A DNA stretch of 32,000 nt from Phycisphaera mikurensis NBRC 102666 (lineage in GTDB: Bacteria; Planctomycetota; Phycisphaerae; Phycisphaerales; Phycisphaeraceae), in NCBI RefSeq assembly GCF_000284115.1, contig NC_017080.1:1170001-1202000 (forward strand), in the 5' to 3' direction. Position 1 is the stretch's first letter, and each line of letters begins with the position of its first letter. The translations under genes and the position numbers were made by a program. Shown piece after piece: positions 9,147-17,243 of the stretch. The notes below the pieces were generated by a model. It searched no databases, was not told the origin of the DNA, and saw nothing but the letters and a program-made list of their open reading frames with translations.

Positions 9147-10798
9147 CGCCGCGTCGCTCGGCCGGCGGGCCCCGTGCCCCGGCGTCGACGCAGCCCCGCG
9201 GCGATGCCGAGCAGCAGCGTGGCGGCCGCGGCGGGCTCGGGCACCTCGGTGACGGCGACCAGGTCGCGGTTGAAGCGCAGCAGCACGTCCCCGGTGGGCT
9301 CGTCGAAGGCGAAGGCGTCGAAGTTGCCGTTGACCACCGGGGCGCCGCCGAGAGCCGACGGGTTCAGGCCCAAGCCGTCGATGTAGAGGCTGGGCACGAG
9401 CAGGTTCATCCCGAAGACGCCCGCGAGCGTGAACACCTCGTCGTCGGTCTCGTCGTCGGGCGTGGCGTCGATGGAGATGTCGGCGACAAGCACGGGCGCA
9501 TCGGTGAAGACCAGGTCGAAGGCCTCCTCGCCGCCGGCGCCGTCGTCCCGCAGCGCCGGCACGAGCAGTTCGTCGACGAAGAAGCCGGCGATGTTCAGCG
9601 TGCCCCCCACCCCGCCGACCTGCAGCTGGAACTGGCCGTTGCCCCCTGCGCCGATCTCGTTGCCGGCGGCGTCGACGAGCGTCGGATCCGCCGAACCGAG
9701 CTCCTTGCCCGCCTCGGTGCTGTAGAAGACGCCGTGGGCGGCCGCCGACTTGGCGCTCCAGATCGTCGCGGCCGCGCCCGTGTCGAAGAGCCAGCTGCCC
9801 TCGGAGGAGACGCCGTGGGTGTTGATCGTGACGCCGCGGACGGCCTCGCCGCCGTCGTCGGGATCCTCATCGGCGAGCGCCGGCGCCGGGCCGACGAAGG
9901 GGTTGTGGGCGAGCGCGGGCGGCTCACCGCCGGTGGTGATCGTGAGCGCGTCGAAGTCGGCGTAGTCGGTCGCGATGCGGGCGTCCCAGGTCGGCAGCTC
10001 CGGCTGGGAGGGCCCACGCACGACGCTCTGGCCGCCGCGGCCGCCCGGTGCGTTGGGGCTGCCGTAGATGTGCGTCTTGAGCTGCAGGTCGCCGAGGCCC
10101 GAGAGCGACTCGGGATCGATCAGCGAGGTGAAGGCGCGGATCTCGCGAGGATCCGCTCCGGGAGCCTCGAAGAGGCCGTTGAGCCCGCGGCTGTCGAAGA
10201 CGGCGAGCTTGTCCTTCATCAGCGGCGTGCCGAAGACGTTGAACTCGCTGAGCGAGCCGATGAGGTCGTCGATCGGATCACGCGGGGCGCCCGGCGACGC
10301 GTCACCCCGCGGGCCGACGGCGGCCCGGAGGTCTTCGAAGCGGTGCAGGTAGGTGCTGGCGAAGCGGGTCGGATCGTCGAGGTCGCCGGCGATCGCGCTG
10401 TCGTAGTCGGCCAGCTCCAGCGAGAACGTCTCGGAGATGTCGAAGAAGTCCAGCCCGCCCACGCCGACGTCGGCAAAGGTGGCGCCGGGGACGGTGTCGA
10501 GCCCGAAGCTGCGCGCCGTGGTCGGTCCCAGGAGCACGGTGCCCGCCCCGGTGTCGTAGAAGCCCTCGACGAAGTACGTCGTCTCGCCGCCGCTGCCGAA
10601 GAGGTCCCCCACGCCCGGGGCCGACAGCGCCGCGCCGTCCGCATCCCGCAGCAGCGCCCGCGCCTTGGGCTGGTCGAGCGAGCCCACCAGGACCTGGTTC
10701 ATCTGCAGCCGCGGAGCCTCCTCCGCACCCGCGGCGGGCGCCGAAGCGACGAGGAACGCACCCGCGAGGCGGGGGAGGTCGAGGTGGAGGTGGCGCAT
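9110..10798 (-). CDS. PEP-CTERM protein with two retropepsin-like (clan AA) aspartic protease motifs
   Basis: Start ATG 10798 (MRHLHLDLPRLAGAFLVASAPAAGA, signal-like). Motif 1 is VEGFYDTGAGTVLLGPTTARSFGL (DTGA at nt 10544-10555). Motif 2 is WLFDTGAAATIWSAKSAAAHGV (DTGA at nt 9773-9784). Downstream elements NVFGTPLM and AGVFGMNLL resemble the ILGxD-type element. The C-terminus VTEVPEPAAAATLLLGIAAGLRRRR is a PEP-CTERM signal, followed by a 22-aa tail. Confidence 0.7.
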   Translation of the reverse strand: MRHLHLDLPRLAGAFLVASAPAAGAEEAPRLQMNQVLVGSLDQPKARALLRDADGAALSAPGVGDLFGSGGETTYFVEGFYDTGAGTVLLGPTTARSFGLDTVPGATFADVGVGGLDFFDISETFSLELADYDSAIAGDLDDPTRFASTYLHRFEDLRAAVGPRGDASPGAPRDPIDDLIGSLSEFNVFGTPLMKDKLAVFDSRGLNGLFEAPGADPREIRAFTSLIDPESLSGLGDLQLKTHIYGSPNAPGGRGGQSVVRGPSQPELPTWDARIATDYADFDALTITTGGEPPALAHNPFVGPAPALADEDPDDGGEAVRGVTINTHGVSSEGSWLFDTGAAATIWSAKSAAAHGVFYSTEAGKELGSADPTLVDAAGNEIGAGGNGQFQLQVGGVGGTLNIAGFFVDELLVPALRDDGAGGEEAFDLVFTDAPVLVADISIDATPDDETDDEVFTLAGVFGMNLLVPSLYIDGLGLNPSALGGAPVVNGNFDAFAFDEPTGDVLLRFNRDLVAVTEVPEPAAAATLLLGIAAGLRRRRGTGPAGRATRRQSTRTSTHTSR

Positions 10799-10903
10799 GG
10801 CGGGATCCGGTGGAGACGGGCGAGCGTCAACCGTACCGGCGGTCGGCGGCTGGACCAATCGGGGGGAACCCCACGCGGGTGGCGATCCGCCCGCCGTTGC
10901 GCC

Positions 10904-12379
10904 TCAGCCCCGGCCGCGGCGGGCCTCCAGCGTCGCCCGCGTCGCGTCCGCCCGCTCGGCGGTCAGCGGGTAGAAGCGGAGGACGGCGATCGCCAGCAGC
11001 GCGGTCGCGGTGGGGGCGCCCGCGAGGAAGAGCCGCATCCCCGTGAAGGTGGCGTCGCTCTGCGCGGCGCCCTTGGCGACCTCGAAGCCGGTGGCGGCGA
11101 GGGCGAGGCCGGTGCCGAGGTAGGCCACGGAGACGACGGTCTTCTCCAGCCACGAGAACACCGCTCCGAACAGCCCCTCGCGGCGCTGCCCGTGACGCAG
11201 CTCGTCCTCGTCGCAGACGTCCGCCATCATCGAGGCGAGCAGGATCTTCACCGCCACCCACATCGGCCCGCAAAGCAGCGGATCGATGAGGATGACCGGG
11301 TCCAGCGAGAGCCCGAACAGCTCCACCCGCGGGTGGCCGGGGGTGAAGACGAACCACTTCGCCACGCCCCCGACGGCCATGAGGCCGTAGACGGCGTAGA
11401 GCGCCTGCTTCTTGCCGAAGCGGGTCGCATACCACGAGATCAGCGGGATCGACGCGAACCCGACCACGCCGTAGCCGGTGGTGAGCAGCCCCTTCTGCAC
11501 AAGGCCGTCGGCCTGGTTGCCGTCGCTCATGTAGTAGACGAGCAGGTACTGGTCGATGCCGGTGGCAAGCACGCCCGAGAGCGTGTTGAGCACGATGACG
11601 CCGACCAGCAGCAGGAACGCCGCGTTCCCGGCGGCGGCGCGGAGGCCCTCGACGAGCTTGACCTTCGGGCCCGCCGCCGCGACGGCGGCGGGTGCGGCGC
11701 GGGAGCCGCCGCGGACCGCGAGCGCGGGCAGCACGCCGAAGCCGGCGAGGAAGACCAGCCCCACGATCCACGCCATCGCGTGAACACCCTCGATCGGGAT
11801 CCGCTGCTGCTCGCCGGGTGCCGGCACCACCGCCGCCCCGACGATGGCCACGCCCAGCAGCGCCGCCAGCGGCAGCATCCACCCGCTGAGCAGCTCGCCG
11901 ATCTTGTGGAAGAACGCGAGGAAGGCCATCACGCGCGTGCGCTCGTGGTGGTCGGGCGTCATCTCGTACGACATCGCCCCGAAGGGCACGGCGAAGACGG
12001 TGTACGCGGTGAAGAAGAGCAGCTGGGCGGCGATGAACCACGCCAGCTGGGCGTTGTCGCTCCAGGCGGGCGGCGCGTACCAGATCGCGACGAACAGCAG
12101 CCCCATCAGCGGGGCACCGAGCATCACGAAGGGACGCCGCCGGCCCCAACGCGTGTGCGCGTTGTCCGTGATGCGGCCCATCAGCGGGTCGCTCACCGCG
12201 TCCCACAGGCGGGGGACCAGCAACGCGACGCCCACCGCCGCCGCCGAGACGCCCAGCGTCATGTTGTAGACCGGGTACGCGAGCGTGCTGACGCCGGCGT
12301 AGCCGAAGAAGGCGGCGAGGCCGCCGGCGCCCAGCCCGACCTTCTGCCGCAGCGGGACGCGGTCCTCGGGCGGCGTCAC
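10904..12379 (-). CDS. Glycoside-pentoside-hexuronide (GPH):cation symporter family MFS transporter
   Basis: GPH signature WDAVSDPLMGRITDNAHTRWGRRRPF and multiple TM segments. GTG start at 12379 overlaps the GH53 stop (GTGA, 12376-12379), indicating translational coupling. The upstream part of the track ORF (to 12505) overlaps GH53 and is Arg-rich junk. Confidence 0.85.
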   Translation of the reverse strand: MTPPEDRVPLRQKVGLGAGGLAAFFGYAGVSTLAYPVYNMTLGVSAAAVGVALLVPRLWDAVSDPLMGRITDNAHTRWGRRRPFVMLGAPLMGLLFVAIWYAPPAWSDNAQLAWFIAAQLLFFTAYTVFAVPFGAMSYEMTPDHHERTRVMAFLAFFHKIGELLSGWMLPLAALLGVAIVGAAVVPAPGEQQRIPIEGVHAMAWIVGLVFLAGFGVLPALAVRGGSRAAPAAVAAAGPKVKLVEGLRAAAGNAAFLLLVGVIVLNTLSGVLATGIDQYLLVYYMSDGNQADGLVQKGLLTTGYGVVGFASIPLISWYATRFGKKQALYAVYGLMAVGGVAKWFVFTPGHPRVELFGLSLDPVILIDPLLCGPMWVAVKILLASMMADVCDEDELRHGQRREGLFGAVFSWLEKTVVSVAYLGTGLALAATGFEVAKGAAQSDATFTGMRLFLAGAPTATALLAIAVLRFYPLTAERADATRATLEARRGRG

Positions 12380-13608
12380 CGAGCGGCCGCCGCGGTGGCG
12401 GGAGCCTTCCACGCGCCCCCGGCGATGGCCTCGCGCGTCGCCCGCATCCACGTGGCGCCTTCGTGCAGGTCGAGGCCGGCATCCCAGAAGGTGTTGTTCT
12501 CCCAAGAGGAGCCGGGCCCGTACTCGTCACCCCACACCCGGACGCTGTCGTTCGCGACGTGGTCCGCGCCCCAGTAGACGACGCCAAGCCCGCCGCCCTC
12601 GTACACGTCGCGGCAGAGCTCGACCATGAACTTCTTCTGGTCCGCCGGCGTCGCCTCGCCGTCCTCGGCGTAGCCGTCGGGCCCGTTGAAGTAGATGTTC
12701 ACGCGGCCGTCCTCGTTGGGCGACAGCGATCGGGCGGAGGCGGAGGTCTCGAAGATCATCAGCTTCTTGCCGTGCTCCTCCTCCAGCCAGGCGGCCAGCT
12801 CGCCGAGGTCGTTCCACTCGCCCAGCGGGTGCCAGCCGGGGTAGTACGACAGGCAGAGCACGTCGTAGTCGGTCAGGCCCAGCGGCTTCATGGTCTCGAC
12901 GAACCAGCGCACGTGCTCGGGGCCGAAGATGTGGACGCCGACGAGCGTGTCGGACTGGTGCTCCTCCGCCGCGTCGCGGATCGCACGGAACCCCGCCGAC
13001 AGCAGCTTCGCATTCCGCGGGCGGTCCACAACCTCCTCCGCCTCCAGGTTGGAGTAGAAGCGTTCGTTCACCTCGTTGCCGACCACGGCGATCCGCGGCA
13101 TCAGACCCAGGCCGCCGAGCTCGTCGAGCATGCCGAAGACGCGGCCGTGGATCGCCTCGGCGAGCGCGGCGGGCCGGTCGGCGATCGCCCGGAGGTCGTC
13201 CGTCACCATGTTGGGCCGGTGCGTCGGGAAGTGCGAGGCGGAGCTGGCCTCCATGAAAGTAAGCGCCGACTCCATGCCCAGCTCCTTCGTGCGGCGGAGA
13301 TTCTCCGTCACCCGCTCGAAGCTCATGTGGTCCAGCGCGTTGCTCCCGCTGAGCGACGCGTTGGTGTACGGCGGCGGCCGGAAGTGCCAGCGAACGAGGT
13401 TGGCGCCGGCGTCGCGGAGCGAAGCGAGCGCCTCCTTCGGCTGGCCGTCTTCCTTGAAGACGAGACCGTGCTCCTCCAGGAAGGGGGCATAGTCCATGGA
13501 GGCGCCGACGTAGAAGGTGTCTTCTTCGGTGGCGGCGGCACCCGGAGCGGAGGCGAGGGCGAGGGTGCCGACGAGGGCGGCTGCGGCGGCGGGAGCGAGG
13601 TGGCGCAT
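12376..13608 (-). CDS. Arabinogalactan endo-beta-1,4-galactanase (GH53), secreted
   Basis: Start ATG 13608 (MRHLAPAAAAALVGTLALASAPGAAA signal). GH53 motifs: ASLRDAGANLVRWHF, IAVVGNEVN (acid/base Glu), CLSYYPGWHPLG and LMIFETSAS (nucleophile Glu). The 899-aa track ORF is a shadow extension. Confidence 0.85.
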   Translation of the reverse strand: MRHLAPAAAAALVGTLALASAPGAAATEEDTFYVGASMDYAPFLEEHGLVFKEDGQPKEALASLRDAGANLVRWHFRPPPYTNASLSGSNALDHMSFERVTENLRRTKELGMESALTFMEASSASHFPTHRPNMVTDDLRAIADRPAALAEAIHGRVFGMLDELGGLGLMPRIAVVGNEVNERFYSNLEAEEVVDRPRNAKLLSAGFRAIRDAAEEHQSDTLVGVHIFGPEHVRWFVETMKPLGLTDYDVLCLSYYPGWHPLGEWNDLGELAAWLEEEHGKKLMIFETSASARSLSPNEDGRVNIYFNGPDGYAEDGEATPADQKKFMVELCRDVYEGGGLGVVYWGADHVANDSVRVWGDEYGPGSSWENNTFWDAGLDLHEGATWMRATREAIAGGAWKAPATAAAAR

Positions 13609-13652
13609 GGGCGGGGTCTGGAGCGGATGGAGAGGTGGGAAGCGGGCCGGAT

Positions 13653-14468
13653 TCAGCGGTCCATCAGCGGCCACGCCTGGAAGGTGAAGTAGCCGCGTTC
13701 GCCGGGGTTGGGGCCCGAGGGATCGGTGAAGCGGGCGGCGAAGAGCTCGTCGAGGCTTCCCGTGGTGGGGTTGCCGGCGCTGACCTGGTTCGGATCGGCG
13801 GTCAGCTCCTGCGAGCGGTTGACGAAGCCCGCGCTGCCGTCGCCGTAGAGCGTGTTGACGCCGTTCTGGTGCCGCTGGTCGATCATGTCCGGGCCGTCGA
13901 AGTTGTCCAGCAGCACCGCGACCTGGCTGTCGATGCGGTCGCGCTCGACGTTGGCGGGCGCGGCGGTGTCGGCGGGACCGGCGAACTTGTCGAGGCGGTA
14001 GTAGGGGTAGCTGTTCTGCACCCGGTACGGCCGCGTCATGTACGTGGTGGCGGTGTCGTTGGCGGCGCCGTCGCCGGTCTCCGGCGGCGGGAAGCTGGAG
14101 TTCTCGACCTGGCTCTGGAGGAAGCCGGGCCCCTCCATCGCCGGGCAGACCCACATCCCCGGCGACTGCACCTCGGGCACGGCCTCCCAGAGCGCGCCGA
14201 GCCCCGCCCGCTGGTCGGCGAAGGTCGCGTACATCGCGTAGCTGAAGTTGAGGTTGGTGCCCATGTAGCCGAGCGGGATGTCGCCCTTGTAGTCGTTCTC
14301 GTAGACGGCCAGGGCGATGCCCACCTGCCGCTCGTTGGACAGACAGGCGGCGCCGCGGGCGGCGAGCCGGGCGGCGCCCAGGGCGGGCAGGAGGATGCCG
14401 ATGAGCAGGGCGATGATCGAGATCACCACGAGCAGCTCGATGAGGGTGAAGGCGGGACGGTGTTGCAT
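13653..14468 (-). CDS. Prepilin-type N-terminal cleavage/methylation domain protein, DUF1559 / H-X9-DG family (pseudopilin-like)
   Basis: [34 protein letters not shown] leader and helix. Exact H-X9-DG spacing in [18 protein letters not shown]. Start ATG 14468 is preceded by GGAG about 10 nt upstream. Confidence 0.85.
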   Translation of the reverse strand: MQHRPAFTLIELLVVISIIALLIGILLPALGAARLAARGAACLSNERQVGIALAVYENDYKGDIPLGYMGTNLNFSYAMYATFADQRAGLGALWEAVPEVQSPGMWVCPAMEGPGFLQSQVENSSFPPPETGDGAANDTATTYMTRPYRVQNSYPYYRLDKFAGPADTAAPANVERDRIDSQVAVLLDNFDGPDMIDQRHQNGVNTLYGDGSAGFVNRSQELTADPNQVSAGNPTTGSLDELFAARFTDPSGPNPGERGYFTFQAWPLMDR

Positions 14469-14512
14469 GGGAATGGCTCCGGAAGGGGAGGGACAGGCGG
14501 TCGGGAGTTGAG

Positions 14513-15169
14513 TCACTCCGGCTCCGCGGGAGCCGCGGCGTCGGGGAGATCAAACGTGAGGGTGAAGGAGAGGTCGGCGCCGTCGACGGCACCTTGCGGG
14601 TAGCCGTCGCCGTCGTCGTCGGGGTAGAGCGCGGCGAAGTCGAAGTTGCCGACGCCGCCGGGGTTCGCGACCGGGGCGGCGGCGTCGCCGAAGCCCTCGA
14701 AGCGGACGAAGCGGACCGATGCCGGCGTGGGTTGCAGCCTGCCGAACTCGTCGATCGTGACCAGCACGGCGGCGACGGCCTCGGCGGGCGGCAGCTGAAG
14801 GTTCTTGAAGTTGAAGCGGAGCGTCGAGCCCGGGGCCGCGTTCGCCGTGTCGACGAAGTTGGTGGAGACCGCGAGCGTCGCGTCGCGTCGGAGGCTGTTG
14901 GTGAACCTGGGGTACGCGGCGGGGAAGATCGCCAGCTTGGTGCGGTCGAAGCCGGAAGCGCCGCCCGGGCCGCCGGCGACGAACGCGACCGAGGCCAGCG
15001 TCGCGTCCCCGGGCAGGTCCGGCAGGGCCTCGGCGGGAACGAAGGCCTGGCCGATCGCGGAGGTCGCGACGCCACCGGGGAGCGAGAACTCGACGCTTTC
15101 TGCCGAGGCCGGCGTGATCGCCAGAGTCGCCGCGACAGCGAGCACGGCTTCGGGAACGGGGGAACGCAT
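14513..15169 (-). CDS. Secreted hypothetical protein, ends in ...[19 protein letters not shown]
   Basis: Signal peptide [23 protein letters not shown]. First gene of the minus-strand run 15169->10904, 44 nt upstream of the DUF1559 gene. No family recognised. Confidence 0.55.
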   Translation of the reverse strand: MRSPVPEAVLAVAATLAITPASAESVEFSLPGGVATSAIGQAFVPAEALPDLPGDATLASVAFVAGGPGGASGFDRTKLAIFPAAYPRFTNSLRRDATLAVSTNFVDTANAAPGSTLRFNFKNLQLPPAEAVAAVLVTIDEFGRLQPTPASVRFVRFEGFGDAAAPVANPGGVGNFDFAALYPDDDGDGYPQGAVDGADLSFTLTFDLPDAAAPAEPE

Positions 15170-15208
15170 GGGGGATCCGTGAGAGGGAGGAGCGGGCGAC
15201 TGCCCGTG

Positions 15209-15222
15209 TCTGAACGTTCAGA
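15209..15222. promoter_or_regulatory. Perfect 14-bp palindrome TCTGAACGTTCAGA (candidate operator)
   Basis: Self-complementary 14-mer 40 nt upstream of the start (15169) of the galactan-cassette operon, in the 15170-15340 divergent intergenic region. Confidence 0.35.
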
Positions 15223-15340
15223 TTCTACTCCGGGGCTTCGGCTTTGTCAATGGATTACGGGCGAATCCATCGCGGATTAGCCTCCCCCAATGGCGCTTTC
15301 GGTCTCGCTGTCCAGCTTCTTGAGCCGCCCGGAGGTCCGG

Positions 15341-16075
15341 ATGGACGCTGCGCAGTGGCTTCCGCCGGAGGAGACGCACGAGCCTCCCGGCGAGGGTGCC
15401 GCGGGCTTCGACCTCGCGGTGCAGGCGAGGCTCCGGCGGGAGCGGGCCGGGCGGGCGCCGAGTCTGGCCCTGGGCGCGGCACCGATGAGCGTCGGGGCCC
15501 GGCGTCTGTGGAGCTCCGGTTTCCTCCTGGCCGGCCTGACGCTGCTCGGCGTCGCCGCGGGCAACCTGCTCGGCGGCTTCGCCATGGCCTGGTGCGTCGT
15601 CCTCACGCTGGGGCTGGCGGTCACGCTGATCGCCGGCCACCGCTTCCTCGCCTCCTTCAACCCGACGCTCTCGCTGCTCGCCGAACGCGCCACCTTCGCC
15701 CCCGGCGACGCGGTGGAGGTCCGCTGGGCCTTCTCCCGCCCGATCCGGGCGGCGACCGGCCTGAAGGTCATGCTGCGGGGTGAGGAGCGGGCGACCTACC
15801 GGCAGGGCACGAGCGACACGACCGCGCGGGAGACCTTCTTCGAGGAGACGGTGCACGAGGTGGACGCCGGGCCGGCCGGCGTGCCGGCCGGAGGCGTCTT
15901 CACCGTGCGGGTCCCCGACGACGCGATGCACTCCTTCGTCGGCGACAACAACGCGATCGAGTGGACGCTGCGGGCGGTGGCCCCGCTGCCCCGCTGGCCG
16001 GACGTCGGCCGGACCGTGATCCTCCGCGTGTGGTGCGGGCCCGAGCCCGCGCCCGCGCAGGAGGAGGCCGCTTGA
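15341..16075 (+). CDS. Membrane protein: two TM helices plus C-terminal beta-sandwich (arrestin/Spo0M-like pattern) domain
   Basis: ATG 15341 is preceded by GGAGG (15331-15335, 5-nt spacer). The two hydrophobic segments are LWSSGFLLAGLTLLGVAAGNLLGGF and AMAWCVVLTLGLAVTLIAGHRFL. They are followed by ERATFAPGDAVEVRWAF...LKVMLRGEERATY...VPDDAMHSFVGDNNAIEWTLRAVAPLP. The fold assignment is by pattern only. Confidence 0.55.
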   Translation: MDAAQWLPPEETHEPPGEGAAGFDLAVQARLRRERAGRAPSLALGAAPMSVGARRLWSSGFLLAGLTLLGVAAGNLLGGFAMAWCVVLTLGLAVTLIAGHRFLASFNPTLSLLAERATFAPGDAVEVRWAFSRPIRAATGLKVMLRGEERATYRQGTSDTTARETFFEETVHEVDAGPAGVPAGGVFTVRVPDDAMHSFVGDNNAIEWTLRAVAPLPRWPDVGRTVILRVWCGPEPAPAQEEAA

Positions 16076-16425
16076 GCGGGCCGCTGCTGATCGACCTCGC
16101 CGGCCGCGACCGCTTCGCTCCTGGGGAGGAGGTCGCGGTCGCGATCGGCTGGGAGCTCGCGAAGCCGCCCGACGAGTTCGTTCTCGAGCTGGTGTGGCGG
16201 ACCGCCGGCCGCGGCCGGACGGACACCGCCGCGGCCCGGCGGAGGGTGTGGCGGGGCGGCCTGCCCGCGGCCGGGGCGGAGGTGGTGGCCTGGCGGATGC
16301 CGGCCGGGCCGCACACCCGCGACGGCAAGCTGGTGAGCATCGCCTGGGACTTCCGCCTGCGCACAAGCACCGGCGCCGCGGTGGCGGCGCCGGTGGAGAT
16401 CCTGCCGGCGGGGGGCGGAGGTTGA
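16072..16425 (+). CDS. Small soluble paralog of the C-terminal domain of the preceding gene
   Basis: TTG start at 16072 overlaps the upstream TGA (TTGA, 16072-16075) and follows AGGAGGAGG (16059-16067). The sequence RDRFAPGEEVAVAIGWEL...LELVWRTAGRGRTD...MPAGPHTRDGKLVSIAWDFRL parallels the motif order of the upstream protein. Confidence 0.5.
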   Translation: MSGPLLIDLAGRDRFAPGEEVAVAIGWELAKPPDEFVLELVWRTAGRGRTDTAAARRRVWRGGLPAAGAEVVAWRMPAGPHTRDGKLVSIAWDFRLRTSTGAAVAAPVEILPAGGGG

Positions 16426-16428
16426 GTC

Positions 16429-17070
16429 TCAGGCGGCCTCGGCGTGGCGACGCCGCCGGCGGAGGCCCGCGGCCGCCAGCAATGCCAGCCCGGCGGCGGC
16501 GGCGGAGGGCGTGGGCACGGCGCTGACGCCGCTGAGCCCGCGGACCTTGAAGGAGGTGCAGTGGTCGCCCGCGGCGAGGCCGAAGCGGTCGCCGGCGGAG
16601 GCGTTGAGGCCGAGCAGGTCGACGTAGGCGGTGCCGTCCGCGTTGGCCGTGAAGCGGAGGTCGCCCAGGCCGTTGCCCTCGCCGTCGAGCACCCGCAGCG
16701 TCTGCGGTGCGCTGCCGCTGAGGTAGGTGAGGTCCACGCCGGTCGGCTGAAAGGCGGAGGAGAAGTCGAACCAGAGCGTGTCGGTGCCCCAGTTGCTCTC
16801 GACGCGGTGGTCGTCGAGCATCCAGCTGGAGACCCCGAAGCCGCCGCGGTACTGGCCGACCCACGCCTTCTTCGTCCGGCCGTTCCACCACTTGGTGCTC
16901 GTGGCGCTGACCCTCGCGGACGTCCCGTCGTCGAACCGCACGTCCACGCCGCGGGCGAAGGCGGGCCGCTCGGACGTGAGATCGACCGAGGCGGCCGAGG
17001 CGGCGGTGCCGGCGGCGAGGGTCAGAGCGGCGGCGAGGGCGGTGGCCGGGCGGGCGATGGTTTTCTTCAT
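16429..17070 (-). CDS. PEP-CTERM-type sorting-domain protein (VPTPS variant)
   Basis: ATG 17070 (MKKTIARPATALAAALTLAAGTAASA signal) is preceded by GAGGAG. The C-terminus is SAVPTPSAAAAGLALLAAAGLRRRRRHAEAA. Confidence 0.7.
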   Translation of the reverse strand: MKKTIARPATALAAALTLAAGTAASAASVDLTSERPAFARGVDVRFDDGTSARVSATSTKWWNGRTKKAWVGQYRGGFGVSSWMLDDHRVESNWGTDTLWFDFSSAFQPTGVDLTYLSGSAPQTLRVLDGEGNGLGDLRFTANADGTAYVDLLGLNASAGDRFGLAAGDHCTSFKVRGLSGVSAVPTPSAAAAGLALLAAAGLRRRRRHAEAA

Positions 17071-17243
17071 GGTTCTCTCCTCGATGGCGGTGCGTCGCGG
17101 ATCACGTGCCACGACGCCGACGGTTCAGGGGAAGATCCGCCCGCCCGCCGTGCAAGCCGGGCGCGGCGGGTTTTCCCACGGGGTGCGGAGGGCGCAGCGC
17201 CACGGCGAGGCCGCCCGCGCCGCCCAATCGTCAGACTGCCGCC

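Noticed and set aside
7862-12577. 1571-aa plus-strand ORF spanning about 4.7 kb
   Set aside because: Its composition is dominated by R/G/A/P/E with no recognisable motifs. It is antisense or out of frame to four well-supported genes (EEP, PEP-CTERM protease-like, GPH transporter, GH53). This is a typical stop-codon-poor shadow ORF of a very GC-rich genome.
12376-15075. 899-aa minus-strand ORF suggesting a giant fusion protein
   Set aside because: Only the C-terminal 410 aa (from MRHLAP..., ATG 13608, with signal peptide) look like a real protein (GH53). The upstream part is Pro/Arg-rich and overlaps the DUF1559 and secreted-protein genes in other frames.
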